64,000 nucleotides of DNA from an uncultured Dehalococcoidales bacterium (GTDB lineage Bacteria > Chloroflexota > Dehalococcoidia > GIF9 > UBA5629), in NCBI GenBank assembly GCA_964400675.1, contig CAYNVO010000003.1:42576-106575 (forward strand). Reading direction: 5' to 3'. Numbering within the stretch: position 1 is the first letter of the stretch; each line of letters opens with the position of its first letter. Shown one piece after another: positions 56,433 through 64,000 of the stretch. The notes beneath the pieces were generated by a model. That model ran no database searches. It was not told the origin of the DNA and saw nothing but the letters and a program-made list of their open reading frames with translations. The translations under genes were made by a program, and so were the position numbers.

Positions 56433-57629
56433 ATGAGAATTTTGCAGGTGTGTCCCATTTTTCCTCCACAGCCCGGAAAGTTTGCCAGTGGTGTAACCCA
56501 GGTGGTATATCACATTAGCCAACAACTTGTTAGCCGGGGACACGAAGTTGATATATATGCTGCTAATGCTTTAGACCTGAGAAGGAAGGTTGAAAGCGAC
56601 CTATTGGTAATTGACGGCATAAAGGTGCACTATTTCCCCTATATAATGCATTACTACACCTTCTTTCTAACCCCATCCCTCATCCCCATGGTGAGAAAAA
56701 ACCTTAGAACATTTGATGTAGTCCATATACACGATTTCAGAACTATACAAGCAGTTATAGTTGGTCACTATGCCAAGAAGCTGAATGTTCCATACTTAAT
56801 GCAGCCTCATGGTTCAATACCGCATTACGGGGCAAGAGAGGGATTTAAGAAACTTTACGATGTATTTCAAGGATACAGTCTTCTGAAAGATGCGTCCAAG
56901 GTCATTGCCTTAACTCCAATGGAAGTCGAGCAATGTCAGAAAATGGGTTTAAGTGTAGACAGAATCACCATTGTGCCAAATGGGGTAACGCCTGCATTAC
57001 TTGATAGAATACCAGTCAGAGGCGCCTTCAGGCAAAAAAAGGGCATTGGTGCCGAGGAGAAATTGATCATGTACCTAGGCAGAATTCACAGAAGGAAGGG
57101 GCTAGACTTGCTCATAAGAGTTTTTGCCTCTCTGCCAAACTCGCCAAGGTCACGACTCGTTATAATAGGCATGGATGATGGCTATCTTTCCTCTATAACG
57201 GATTTGGTTGCTAATCTAGGAGTCGCTGACCGAGTTATAATATCTACAGAGTCGCCTTCTGAAGAAGATAAACTGGAGGCATATGTAGATTCCGATGTAC
57301 ATGTTCTGCCCGCGCCATATGAACCTTTCGGGCTAACTGTAATTGAGTCATGGGCCTGCGGTACACCGGTTGTAACCATCAACACCTGCGGCATTGCTGA
57401 TTGGGTGAACAGCTATGGGGGATACTCTGTTCTCTATGACGAAAGCGAGCTGAGACGAGCCCTCCTCACTTTAATAACTGACGAGGACTTAAGAAAAAGG
57501 CTGGGACAAGGTGGCCAAAAATTGGTTGCCGAGCGTTTTACCTGGGATAAAATAGCAGTGCAAATAGAAAATCTGTACCAAGAAGTTGCAGGCAAGGCAG
57601 TTATTACTAACAAGAACTTAAAGGGATAG
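56433..57629 (+). CDS. Family 4 (GT-B) glycosyltransferase.
   Basis: 398 aa. EPFGLTVIESWACGTPVV catalytic block. Confidence 0.8.
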   Translation: MRILQVCPIFPPQPGKFASGVTQVVYHISQQLVSRGHEVDIYAANALDLRRKVESDLLVIDGIKVHYFPYIMHYYTFFLTPSLIPMVRKNLRTFDVVHIHDFRTIQAVIVGHYAKKLNVPYLMQPHGSIPHYGAREGFKKLYDVFQGYSLLKDASKVIALTPMEVEQCQKMGLSVDRITIVPNGVTPALLDRIPVRGAFRQKKGIGAEEKLIMYLGRIHRRKGLDLLIRVFASLPNSPRSRLVIIGMDDGYLSSITDLVANLGVADRVIISTESPSEEDKLEAYVDSDVHVLPAPYEPFGLTVIESWACGTPVVTINTCGIADWVNSYGGYSVLYDESELRRALLTLITDEDLRKRLGQGGQKLVAERFTWDKIAVQIENLYQEVAGKAVITNKNLKG

Positions 57630-57635
57630 CTTGTC

Positions 57636-58508
57636 ATGGACTCGCCATGGAATCCGTCAGTTCAGTACCAAAAGATTGTTGAAGCAAACGTTAAAACGTA
57701 TGCCGAGATTGCTGAAGAATACGACAGGATAGAAACCTGTGTGGTCTCCCGCCGATGCCAGACCATGTTAGAAGAGGATATAGATGAAATTCTACAGATG
57801 CTCCGTTGCTCAGGTGCTCGTAAAGATATCTATGCACTAGATGCCTGTGGTGGGTCGGGAAATGTAGCGCTCAAATTACTGGATAGGGGTGTCAATGTGG
57901 TGCTGTGTGATATTTCTCCCGAACTCATTAAAATATTCGATTACAAATGTAAACAAAGGGGATTCTCAACCGAGATCATACGTCAAGAAATCGGCTCATT
58001 TCTATCCTCTACAGAAAGAAAGTTTGATCTGATAGTCTTCTCCTCTGCGCTTCACCATATAGAAAACTATACCGATGTGCTGTTGCTATCTCAAAGCCGA
58101 TTGAATAAAGACGGGATGATTTACACCGTGTTTGATGGAATAAAACGGGGATTCTTAACATACTGGATGATGATGGCAGATTACGTGGTCTTCGAAGTCC
58201 TCAACCGCCCCGGTAAACTCATCCCTGACATCATTAAAAAACTCAAAAGGATAAAAGCCGGGCAGTTGAGCAAGTCGGATTCAAAAGAAAGATTCGAGTT
58301 AACTCACGATAATATGGGTGTTCTGGCCGAATACCACGCAGGTAGTGGGATAGATGATCTCGCTCTGGTGAATGCAATGTCACAGCATGGGCTTAAAATT
58401 ATCTGGCATAAACGGTATCCTGATGCTCGCTATGCATTCTTTCGCCTTATCCTAAGGCTTCTCAGACGCCCAACAAGTTTTAGATTGCTTCTAGGGTACC
58501 GTGGGTAA
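57636..58508 (+). CDS. Class I SAM-dependent methyltransferase.
   Basis: Motif I LDACGGSGNVALKLL...VVLCDISPE. Confidence 0.7.
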   Translation: MDSPWNPSVQYQKIVEANVKTYAEIAEEYDRIETCVVSRRCQTMLEEDIDEILQMLRCSGARKDIYALDACGGSGNVALKLLDRGVNVVLCDISPELIKIFDYKCKQRGFSTEIIRQEIGSFLSSTERKFDLIVFSSALHHIENYTDVLLLSQSRLNKDGMIYTVFDGIKRGFLTYWMMMADYVVFEVLNRPGKLIPDIIKKLKRIKAGQLSKSDSKERFELTHDNMGVLAEYHAGSGIDDLALVNAMSQHGLKIIWHKRYPDARYAFFRLILRLLRRPTSFRLLLGYRG

Positions 58509-58641
58509 AGAAGGCCTACTTTGGATTATAATGTAACAGTGACATTTAGCATAATGAAAGGGTTCTTGATTGTTCCGCCAAATGCTGGTTAGTACTTACA
58601 AACACACAATATACTAGCTGAAGGTACACGGAGTCCAACAA

Positions 58642-60138
58642 GTGAAAAGGATATTACTAGTTTTTCCGGATATTTCACATGATCCCTGGCATACGGGTTA
58701 TTTTCATCATGGATTAGCGTCCATCTCAGCCTATCTCAAAAGCAGAATCAACGACATCGATATAACTCTACTTCACATTCATAGTAAGAAATTTAGTCAA
58801 GTTCAGTTTCTGGAAAAAATAGAAGAGCTTTCTCCAAGCATTGTTGCTTTCACGGCGACAGCTCATAGTTTTCCTCTAATACAACAATATGCCAGCTTGC
58901 TGAAAGATTTAAATAAAAAGGAACTCCTGATTGTATGTGGCGGCGTTCATGTAACACTTGATCCAGAAGAAGCTTTAGTATCTTCAGACATTGACGTTGC
59001 CATTTGTGGAGATGGTGAATACCCGATGGAAGCATTGGTAAACGAATGGATTGAAAACAGAAGAATTCCAAAAGAGAGTGGTATATGGTACCAAAAGAAC
59101 GGCAAGATAATCAATAACGGTTGCTCGATAGTAGGAGATTTGGACTCGATTCCCGAGCCTGACTGGGCACTATTTGATTACATGAATTTAAGTGCTCCCA
59201 GGCAAGGGGTAGGAAGCATTATGCTTTCTAGGGGATGCCCCTATAAATGCAGTTATTGCTGTAACCACAAGTTAACTTACGTGTATGAGGCAACAGGAAC
59301 AAACTACGTCCGGTTTAAAAGTGTTAAACGCTCGATATCAGAAATCAAAAACTTTTGTCAAAAGTTTCCTGCAATATCTACATTAAATTTTGATGATGAT
59401 ATATTACCTTTAAATTCAAAGTGGTTTTTAAAATTTGCTGAAGAATACAAGAGGCAGGTAAATAAACCATTTTGGTGCAATGTCAGGCCCAACTTGGTGA
59501 ACGAAAAAATTGTAGGGGCACTAGTCGGTTCCGGATGTATACGTGTGGGTATTGGTGTCGAGAGTGGAAATGAAAAAATACGAAATGAATTATTGAAAAG
59601 GAATATATCCGACACAACTATTACTAACGCAGTATCCTTGTTAAAAAACTACAACGCCAGTGTATACGGTTTTAACATGGTTGGTCTCCCTAAAGAAACT
59701 TGCACTGAGTTGATGGATACTATACGCATGAATGCAAATTTGGGCGTCGATGAGATACAATGCACCATTCTTTATCCCTATAAACATACCGCCATCTATG
59801 ATTTATGTGTTAAAGGTGGGTTACTTGTTCATCCAAAGTGGTTGATCGAACTCAGGAGAGAAACTATCCTGAAATTTGATTATGCTCAGAAAAATCGGAT
59901 ATATTTCACTGAGCTAACCATCAATTTAGTCGCAAAGCTTTATGCCAGGATGCCAAAACATCTAAAGGAATTGTTCCTGAGAACACTTTACTCATATCCC
60001 TCAGCAGTTCTATTTCTTCCGATTTTAAATATACTGTTGAAAGGACTCCTGGCTTCAAAAGAAGTAGGCTCTGGTATTCGAAAAATATATAGATTGTTTA
60101 TGCCACTGCCATCCGCGAATAAAAGTCTTTCACCATGA
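58642..60138 (+). CDS. B12-binding-domain radical SAM protein (class B radical SAM, probable methyltransferase).
   Basis: N-terminal B12-binding-like Rossmann domain (LIVCGGVHVT). CxxxCxxC radical SAM motif in SRGCPYKCSYCCN. GTG start. Confidence 0.8.
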   Translation: MKRILLVFPDISHDPWHTGYFHHGLASISAYLKSRINDIDITLLHIHSKKFSQVQFLEKIEELSPSIVAFTATAHSFPLIQQYASLLKDLNKKELLIVCGGVHVTLDPEEALVSSDIDVAICGDGEYPMEALVNEWIENRRIPKESGIWYQKNGKIINNGCSIVGDLDSIPEPDWALFDYMNLSAPRQGVGSIMLSRGCPYKCSYCCNHKLTYVYEATGTNYVRFKSVKRSISEIKNFCQKFPAISTLNFDDDILPLNSKWFLKFAEEYKRQVNKPFWCNVRPNLVNEKIVGALVGSGCIRVGIGVESGNEKIRNELLKRNISDTTITNAVSLLKNYNASVYGFNMVGLPKETCTELMDTIRMNANLGVDEIQCTILYPYKHTAIYDLCVKGGLLVHPKWLIELRRETILKFDYAQKNRIYFTELTINLVAKLYARMPKHLKELFLRTLYSYPSAVLFLPILNILLKGLLASKEVGSGIRKIYRLFMPLPSANKSLSP

Positions 60139-60244
60139 TATAAAAACTGGTAGGTGGGAAGAGGTCTGTGAATTGGCAGTGGAAAGGTGACCCCAATTTT
60201 AGTACCGCCTAGAATGAGAGACTTCTTGTGGAGCTAACCGGCTG

Positions 60245-61189
60245 TTATCTTCCATGTGTTGCACTGAGCCACAGGTGGCGCGCGCGCGCGGCTATCTTTG
60301 GACACAGCGCCAGCAATGTCCGGTAAGTCAACAGAGGCAGCGGCCCGTGGTGTATGCTTAATTGGACATAGTTGCCGAGAGACCAGCAGGCAAGCTTAAT
60401 CTTCTCGTGCAATCTGAGTCTATCACTCTGCAAAATGAGTCTTAGCAACATAATCTCTAACACCTCGCAGAGGAACCATACGTGTAGTCGGCTTATGCCC
60501 AGCTCACGTGCGATAGCCTGCGAGTTGCGGGAACGTTGTCTCACTCTCCTGACCATAAGCTTTTCTGGAACAGTAACAAACTCTCCTTTTAAGGAAAGTT
60601 CTGCCAAAAGCAAGTAATCAGCCGCGAGTGCTTTTCTGGACGGCAGTACCTCGTGCAGAGCGCTCTGCTTGTAAACCCCGTAAATCAAACTGTATGGGCC
60701 TATTGTTCGTGAGTATGCCGAACCTACGCGCATGAATCTAGCACAAGGGCTTAAGCCAATTGTTGATAACCCGGGGAAAGTGCAAATCGGCTCTCCCGTT
60801 TCGGAATCCACGCCTTCGCCCAAAACTCCAGTGAGGACGATTGCCTCGGATGCGTCGAACGCTCGGATACAGGACCGCAGATAGCGCGGCTCCCAGTAAT
60901 CGTCATCAGCAGCCCACATGAAATACTCACCGGATGATAATTCGAAGACCTGATTCCAATTCCATCCTATTCCCATATTTAGCTGATTCCGATAATACCG
61001 AACTCGTTCATCTCGCCGTGCATACTCCAGGCAGATTTCCTGCGTCCTGTCGGTTGACGCATTGTCCGAAATAATCAGCTCGAAGTTCTCATAGTCCTGC
61101 GCCAGCAGTGAATCCAGCGCCTGCCGGATGTGCGGCTCACCGTTGTATACCGGCATGCCGATGCTGACAAAGGGCTTGCTACTCGCCAT
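60245..61189 (-). CDS. Family 2 glycosyltransferase.
   Basis: VSIGMPVYNGEPHIRQALDSLLAQ...ISDNASTD. Confidence 0.8.
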   Translation of the reverse strand: MASSKPFVSIGMPVYNGEPHIRQALDSLLAQDYENFELIISDNASTDRTQEICLEYARRDERVRYYRNQLNMGIGWNWNQVFELSSGEYFMWAADDDYWEPRYLRSCIRAFDASEAIVLTGVLGEGVDSETGEPICTFPGLSTIGLSPCARFMRVGSAYSRTIGPYSLIYGVYKQSALHEVLPSRKALAADYLLLAELSLKGEFVTVPEKLMVRRVRQRSRNSQAIARELGISRLHVWFLCEVLEIMLLRLILQSDRLRLHEKIKLACWSLGNYVQLSIHHGPLPLLTYRTLLALCPKIAARARHLWLSATHGR

Positions 61190-61537
61190 ATTGCTTCAAT
61201 CCTCCTTCATCTGCAAAAATTTGCATAGAGGTTATATCACATTGAGCAAAACAGTATTGTCGGTGTCCGCCTCTAATTACTCATTATCCGTATTGCCCGG
61301 ACCAAGACTCATACCAGCCAGACATATATGCAGGGCGCCAGTGTAGCTTGAGGTAACAATAGCATCTGACACGCTCAGGTTATATTGGAATAATTCCTCG
61401 AACCGGGTAATGTATTCACAGCAGCGTCCACCCGGGCATTTGCCGCTGCATCCAGGGCATGCTGTGCTTCCAGTTCGGTTATGGATGGCTTGGTATAGTG
61501 AATTCTAGGCATGGTCCTTTTTGCCTTAGATGTACTC

Positions 61538-62293
61538 TTATCGCACCCGTTTGAGGTAGCCGTCAGGTGCAGCGGTGATGAGCAGCTTGTACTCGATATT
61601 TTTGTCAATTTGGAACTCGGCATGGGTTTTTAAAAACTCCCGGACCGCTGTCTTGGGATTGTTGCCTTTCCCCCAAGGACGGTCGTTAGTTGTTCCTTCA
61701 GGTAAATCTTCTATTCCAGTGTCACCAACCATACAATAACCACCAACGTTTACCAAGGGCGCATACGCCCTTAATTCAGCCAAAACATGCTCATGAGTAT
61801 GATTACTATCCAAACAAACCATCACTCTTTCTTTATTCTTTGCGAACCCACGAACTTTTTTAATAATTTTGTCATCTATGCTTGATCCTTCAAACATTGT
61901 TATTTTCTTGCTCAAAGGATGAGCAAGAATGGCCTCTTTGTTGTGAGAACGGATATCAATATCAATACCTATAACCTCACCATTTTCTATGGCTCCGCAT
62001 ACTTCCAAAATCGCCAGCATGGAGGCACTAAATATCAATGATCCTCCCCATGCTATTCCTGTTTCTATTATAAGATTCGGCTTAGATTCCCAGATGATCT
62101 CCTGCAACGCCTGCAGATCCTGTGGTGCTTGAAGGACCGGCACGCCAAGCCAGAAAAAGTTATAGGCATATTTTGCTTTAACAAGTTGCTCAATAAAAAC
62201 GTGGTATGCTTCTTGAAGAGGCTTATTGTTTTGATATGATGCGGCTCTCTCAAGCGCTTCTTTACGAAATTGCTCTAATGGATTTTCCTTCAT
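61538..62293 (-). CDS. CmcI/cephalosporin-hydroxylase-family SAM-dependent O-methyltransferase (sugar O-methyltransferase-like).
   Basis: IIETGIAWGGSLIF and the DS..H motif, typical of the PF04989 family. Confidence 0.65.
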   Translation of the reverse strand: MKENPLEQFRKEALERAASYQNNKPLQEAYHVFIEQLVKAKYAYNFFWLGVPVLQAPQDLQALQEIIWESKPNLIIETGIAWGGSLIFSASMLAILEVCGAIENGEVIGIDIDIRSHNKEAILAHPLSKKITMFEGSSIDDKIIKKVRGFAKNKERVMVCLDSNHTHEHVLAELRAYAPLVNVGGYCMVGDTGIEDLPEGTTNDRPWGKGNNPKTAVREFLKTHAEFQIDKNIEYKLLITAAPDGYLKRVR

Positions 62294-63678
62294 CTTTCTC
62301 CCATTTTATTACCTGGCTCACATTCTCTCATTAATTTACTCCAAAAAGAGAGATATTTGTCATCAGGGAAAAAAGAGTTATATTGATGTACCGTACTTTT
62401 CGTTTTTGACCGCCAGTTGGCAGATTCAGCCAACTTTTTTATTTTTTCTATTGCGCTTTTCTTCTCTTTATCGTTTTTTGCATTGCAGTAAGAAACAAAA
62501 GCTCCCCCATAATCGCCAAGTGATTCCAAAAATACATCTTTGGGCGATATATCTTTGATCTGTTTATTAATTTCCCATTTTCTGACAGTTTTTGGAAAAT
62601 TCAAAACTTCATTAAAGATTTTGTCCCATTCATTTACCATCTTTTCTAAAGAAAATGTATGAATTGCATATTCCTTGGCATTCTGTGATAACAAATTTCT
62701 TAACTCACGATTGTGATACAAATCTTGCAATGCTCTCACATACTCATTTTTATCCTTCGCAACAATACCCGTTATTCCATTTTCAACCATGTAACTTTCC
62801 ATCGGATTTGCCAATACAACCGGAACAACTCCAACCGCCATGGTTTCTTGTAGCACCTGATCACAGGTACCGTAATGATGTGGGGCAAGGGGATAACCAA
62901 AAATATCAAACGATGACAAATACTCCCATTTTTCTATCTCTGGCACAAATCCGGTAAAATTGAACTTCCCCCCGATACCACGGCGTTCCGCCTCCTGCTC
63001 TAGTTGTTTTCCATTTGGTCCGCCAACAATAATAAAATTTACACCGGGTATATCAACCCGATTACAGATATCTAAGAAATCAGGGTGCATTTTAGTGTAA
63101 TCAACATTACCGACGTATCCAATATTAAATCCGGAGTGTTCTTTGAGTTTGATTGATTTAACACGATCCAAGCCTCCAGTAGACCAGACATCACGCAAAT
63201 ATTTTTTACGTTCATCGGAAAGATTCCATACATCTTTAACTTTGTAACTTAGGGGTGTGGTAAAAACAAACATATCAGGATATCTAAGGATTTTATCTGT
63301 AAAACTATTTGGCGGAGGAGAGCCCAATATGTGACTCCAGAGGATCACTCGGCTTGCAGACAGACGTTCACGTACCAAAAAATCACAGAGTAGCGGATGA
63401 TTCCACCAATGAATAAGCACTACGTCGGAATCGGCTATTAAGTCAAGTATTTTATGTTTTTTCTTTGACATATTGTCAAACAGCGAAAAGCCGGCATTTT
63501 TAGCGACTTCAATGGCGTTTTGATTTGCATAATCAAGGCAAATAGCTCTGTGTGTGAAAGAGCGGCTGTCCTTGACTTTTGAAAGATAATTCAAAACCAC
63601 CGTACCGACGCCAGCGCCAAAGTGTGGAGTAATATGAAGAATGCACTTAGTAGTCATATTATCAAGCTCCTTAATCAA
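62290..63678 (-). CDS. GT-B glycosyltransferase (GT1/GT4-like) with a C-terminal extension.
   Basis: N-terminal ILHITPHFGAGVGTVV and central GT-B blocks. 462 aa. Confidence 0.6.
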   Translation of the reverse strand: MIKELDNMTTKCILHITPHFGAGVGTVVLNYLSKVKDSRSFTHRAICLDYANQNAIEVAKNAGFSLFDNMSKKKHKILDLIADSDVVLIHWWNHPLLCDFLVRERLSASRVILWSHILGSPPPNSFTDKILRYPDMFVFTTPLSYKVKDVWNLSDERKKYLRDVWSTGGLDRVKSIKLKEHSGFNIGYVGNVDYTKMHPDFLDICNRVDIPGVNFIIVGGPNGKQLEQEAERRGIGGKFNFTGFVPEIEKWEYLSSFDIFGYPLAPHHYGTCDQVLQETMAVGVVPVVLANPMESYMVENGITGIVAKDKNEYVRALQDLYHNRELRNLLSQNAKEYAIHTFSLEKMVNEWDKIFNEVLNFPKTVRKWEINKQIKDISPKDVFLESLGDYGGAFVSYCNAKNDKEKKSAIEKIKKLAESANWRSKTKSTVHQYNSFFPDDKYLSFWSKLMRECEPGNKMGER

Positions 63679-63985
63679 GAACCAGCATTTTACCCTTGAA
63701 GGATATATCGCGCAAATATTTTTGCATCTGTTCCTTATTAAAAACGGATGTCAGCAAAACTACAGAATCTGACATTGCTTGTTTTAAGTGTTCTGGTGAA
63801 ACTATAACTTTGCCATTTACTGACATTCCTTGCTTGTCCGGATTCTTATCTATAAGTGCCAAGATAGTACAATCTAACAAATCTGTAAATGTTGACAATA
63901 TAAAAAACTCTATTCCAATTCCCCAGACAAACAGGTTGGTTTTTGAATTCTTTAATTCATTCACCGTGCGCTTGTGTTTCAACAT
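63671..63985 (-). CDS. Hypothetical protein. May be the C-terminal part of a longer ORF that starts beyond the window end.
   Basis: 104-aa ORF. LFVWGIGIEF...ALIDKNP...VNGKVIVS is reminiscent of an NeuD/PglD-type N-terminal domain, but this is weak. Confidence 0.3.
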   Translation of the reverse strand: MLKHKRTVNELKNSKTNLFVWGIGIEFFILSTFTDLLDCTILALIDKNPDKQGMSVNGKVIVSPEHLKQAMSDSVVLLTSVFNKEQMQKYLRDISFKGKMLVLD

Positions 63986-64000
63986 GTATTCATTCTCATT

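Noticed and set aside
60283-60295. (CG)6 dinucleotide tract, a potential phase-variation or Z-DNA site
   Set aside because: It is short, lies inside the 3' end of the GT2 coding sequence (encoding ARAR) and has no second copy or homopolymer context. Too weak to call a contingency locus.
61375-61623. 82-aa minus-strand ORF in the 347-bp gap between GT2 and the CmcI-type methyltransferase
   Set aside because: It overlaps the 3' end of the CmcI-type gene. No RBS or recognisable domain. The gap more likely holds the promoter of the GT2 gene.

Overview
The window is a 64-kb bacterial chromosomal segment with tightly packed genes and no rRNA or tRNA genes. Gene content suggests an anaerobic Chloroflexota/Dehalococcoidia-like organism, but that is inference from gene content only. 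Along the window: (1) 1-4.3 kb, two minus-strand cell-surface proteins: a BNR/Asp-box beta-propeller protein that runs off the window start and is missing from the ORF track, and an Ig-domain type-I membrane protein with a proline-rich cytoplasmic tail. (2) 4.4-7.3 kb, an NYN-domain protein, a CDP-alcohol phosphatidyltransferase, a small membrane protein and a Zn-dependent alcohol dehydrogenase flanked by 23-bp direct repeats. (3) 7.3-10.0 kb, a two-gene module of a SIR2-like protein plus a Cys-rich protein with a C-terminal DUF559/Vsr-like endonuclease domain. This is the best candidate for an undescribed defence-type system. (4) 10.1-20.4 kb, a minus-strand cobalamin salvage/late-assembly operon (btuFCD-like transporter, cbiB, cobD, cbiP/cobQ, cobO, cobT, cobS, a Dph6/MJ0570-family PP-loop ATPase, cobU) behind a cobalamin riboswitch. 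(5) 20.6-32.7 kb, a PAS-GAF histidine kinase with a NarL-type regulator, a Wood-Ljungdahl methyl-branch set (GltD-like flavoprotein fused to ferredoxin and MvhD, then metV, metF, an orphan REC-REC regulator, folD, fhs) and an ADP-forming acetyl-CoA synthetase-like protein. (6) 32.7-35.9 kb, queA and glmS. (7) 35.9-64 kb, a large mosaic glycan-biosynthesis and modification cluster: several GT2/GT4 and one GT-C transferases, four epimerase/dehydratases, wecB, an asnB-like amidotransferase, six SAM methyltransferases, a CmcI-type O-methyltransferase, a B12-binding radical SAM enzyme and a large repeat-bearing membrane protein. The cluster also carries two gene remnants, dispersed GAACCTA heptamer-repeat arrays and a four-helix-bundle (rRNA-IVS-type) gene flanked by inverted heptamer arrays. 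A second small repeat family (CTGTCATTSYGAGCG.AGCGAAG.AATCTC) occurs at 10.7 and 50.1 kb. Everything here is read by eye; domain calls rest on remembered family motifs, not searches.
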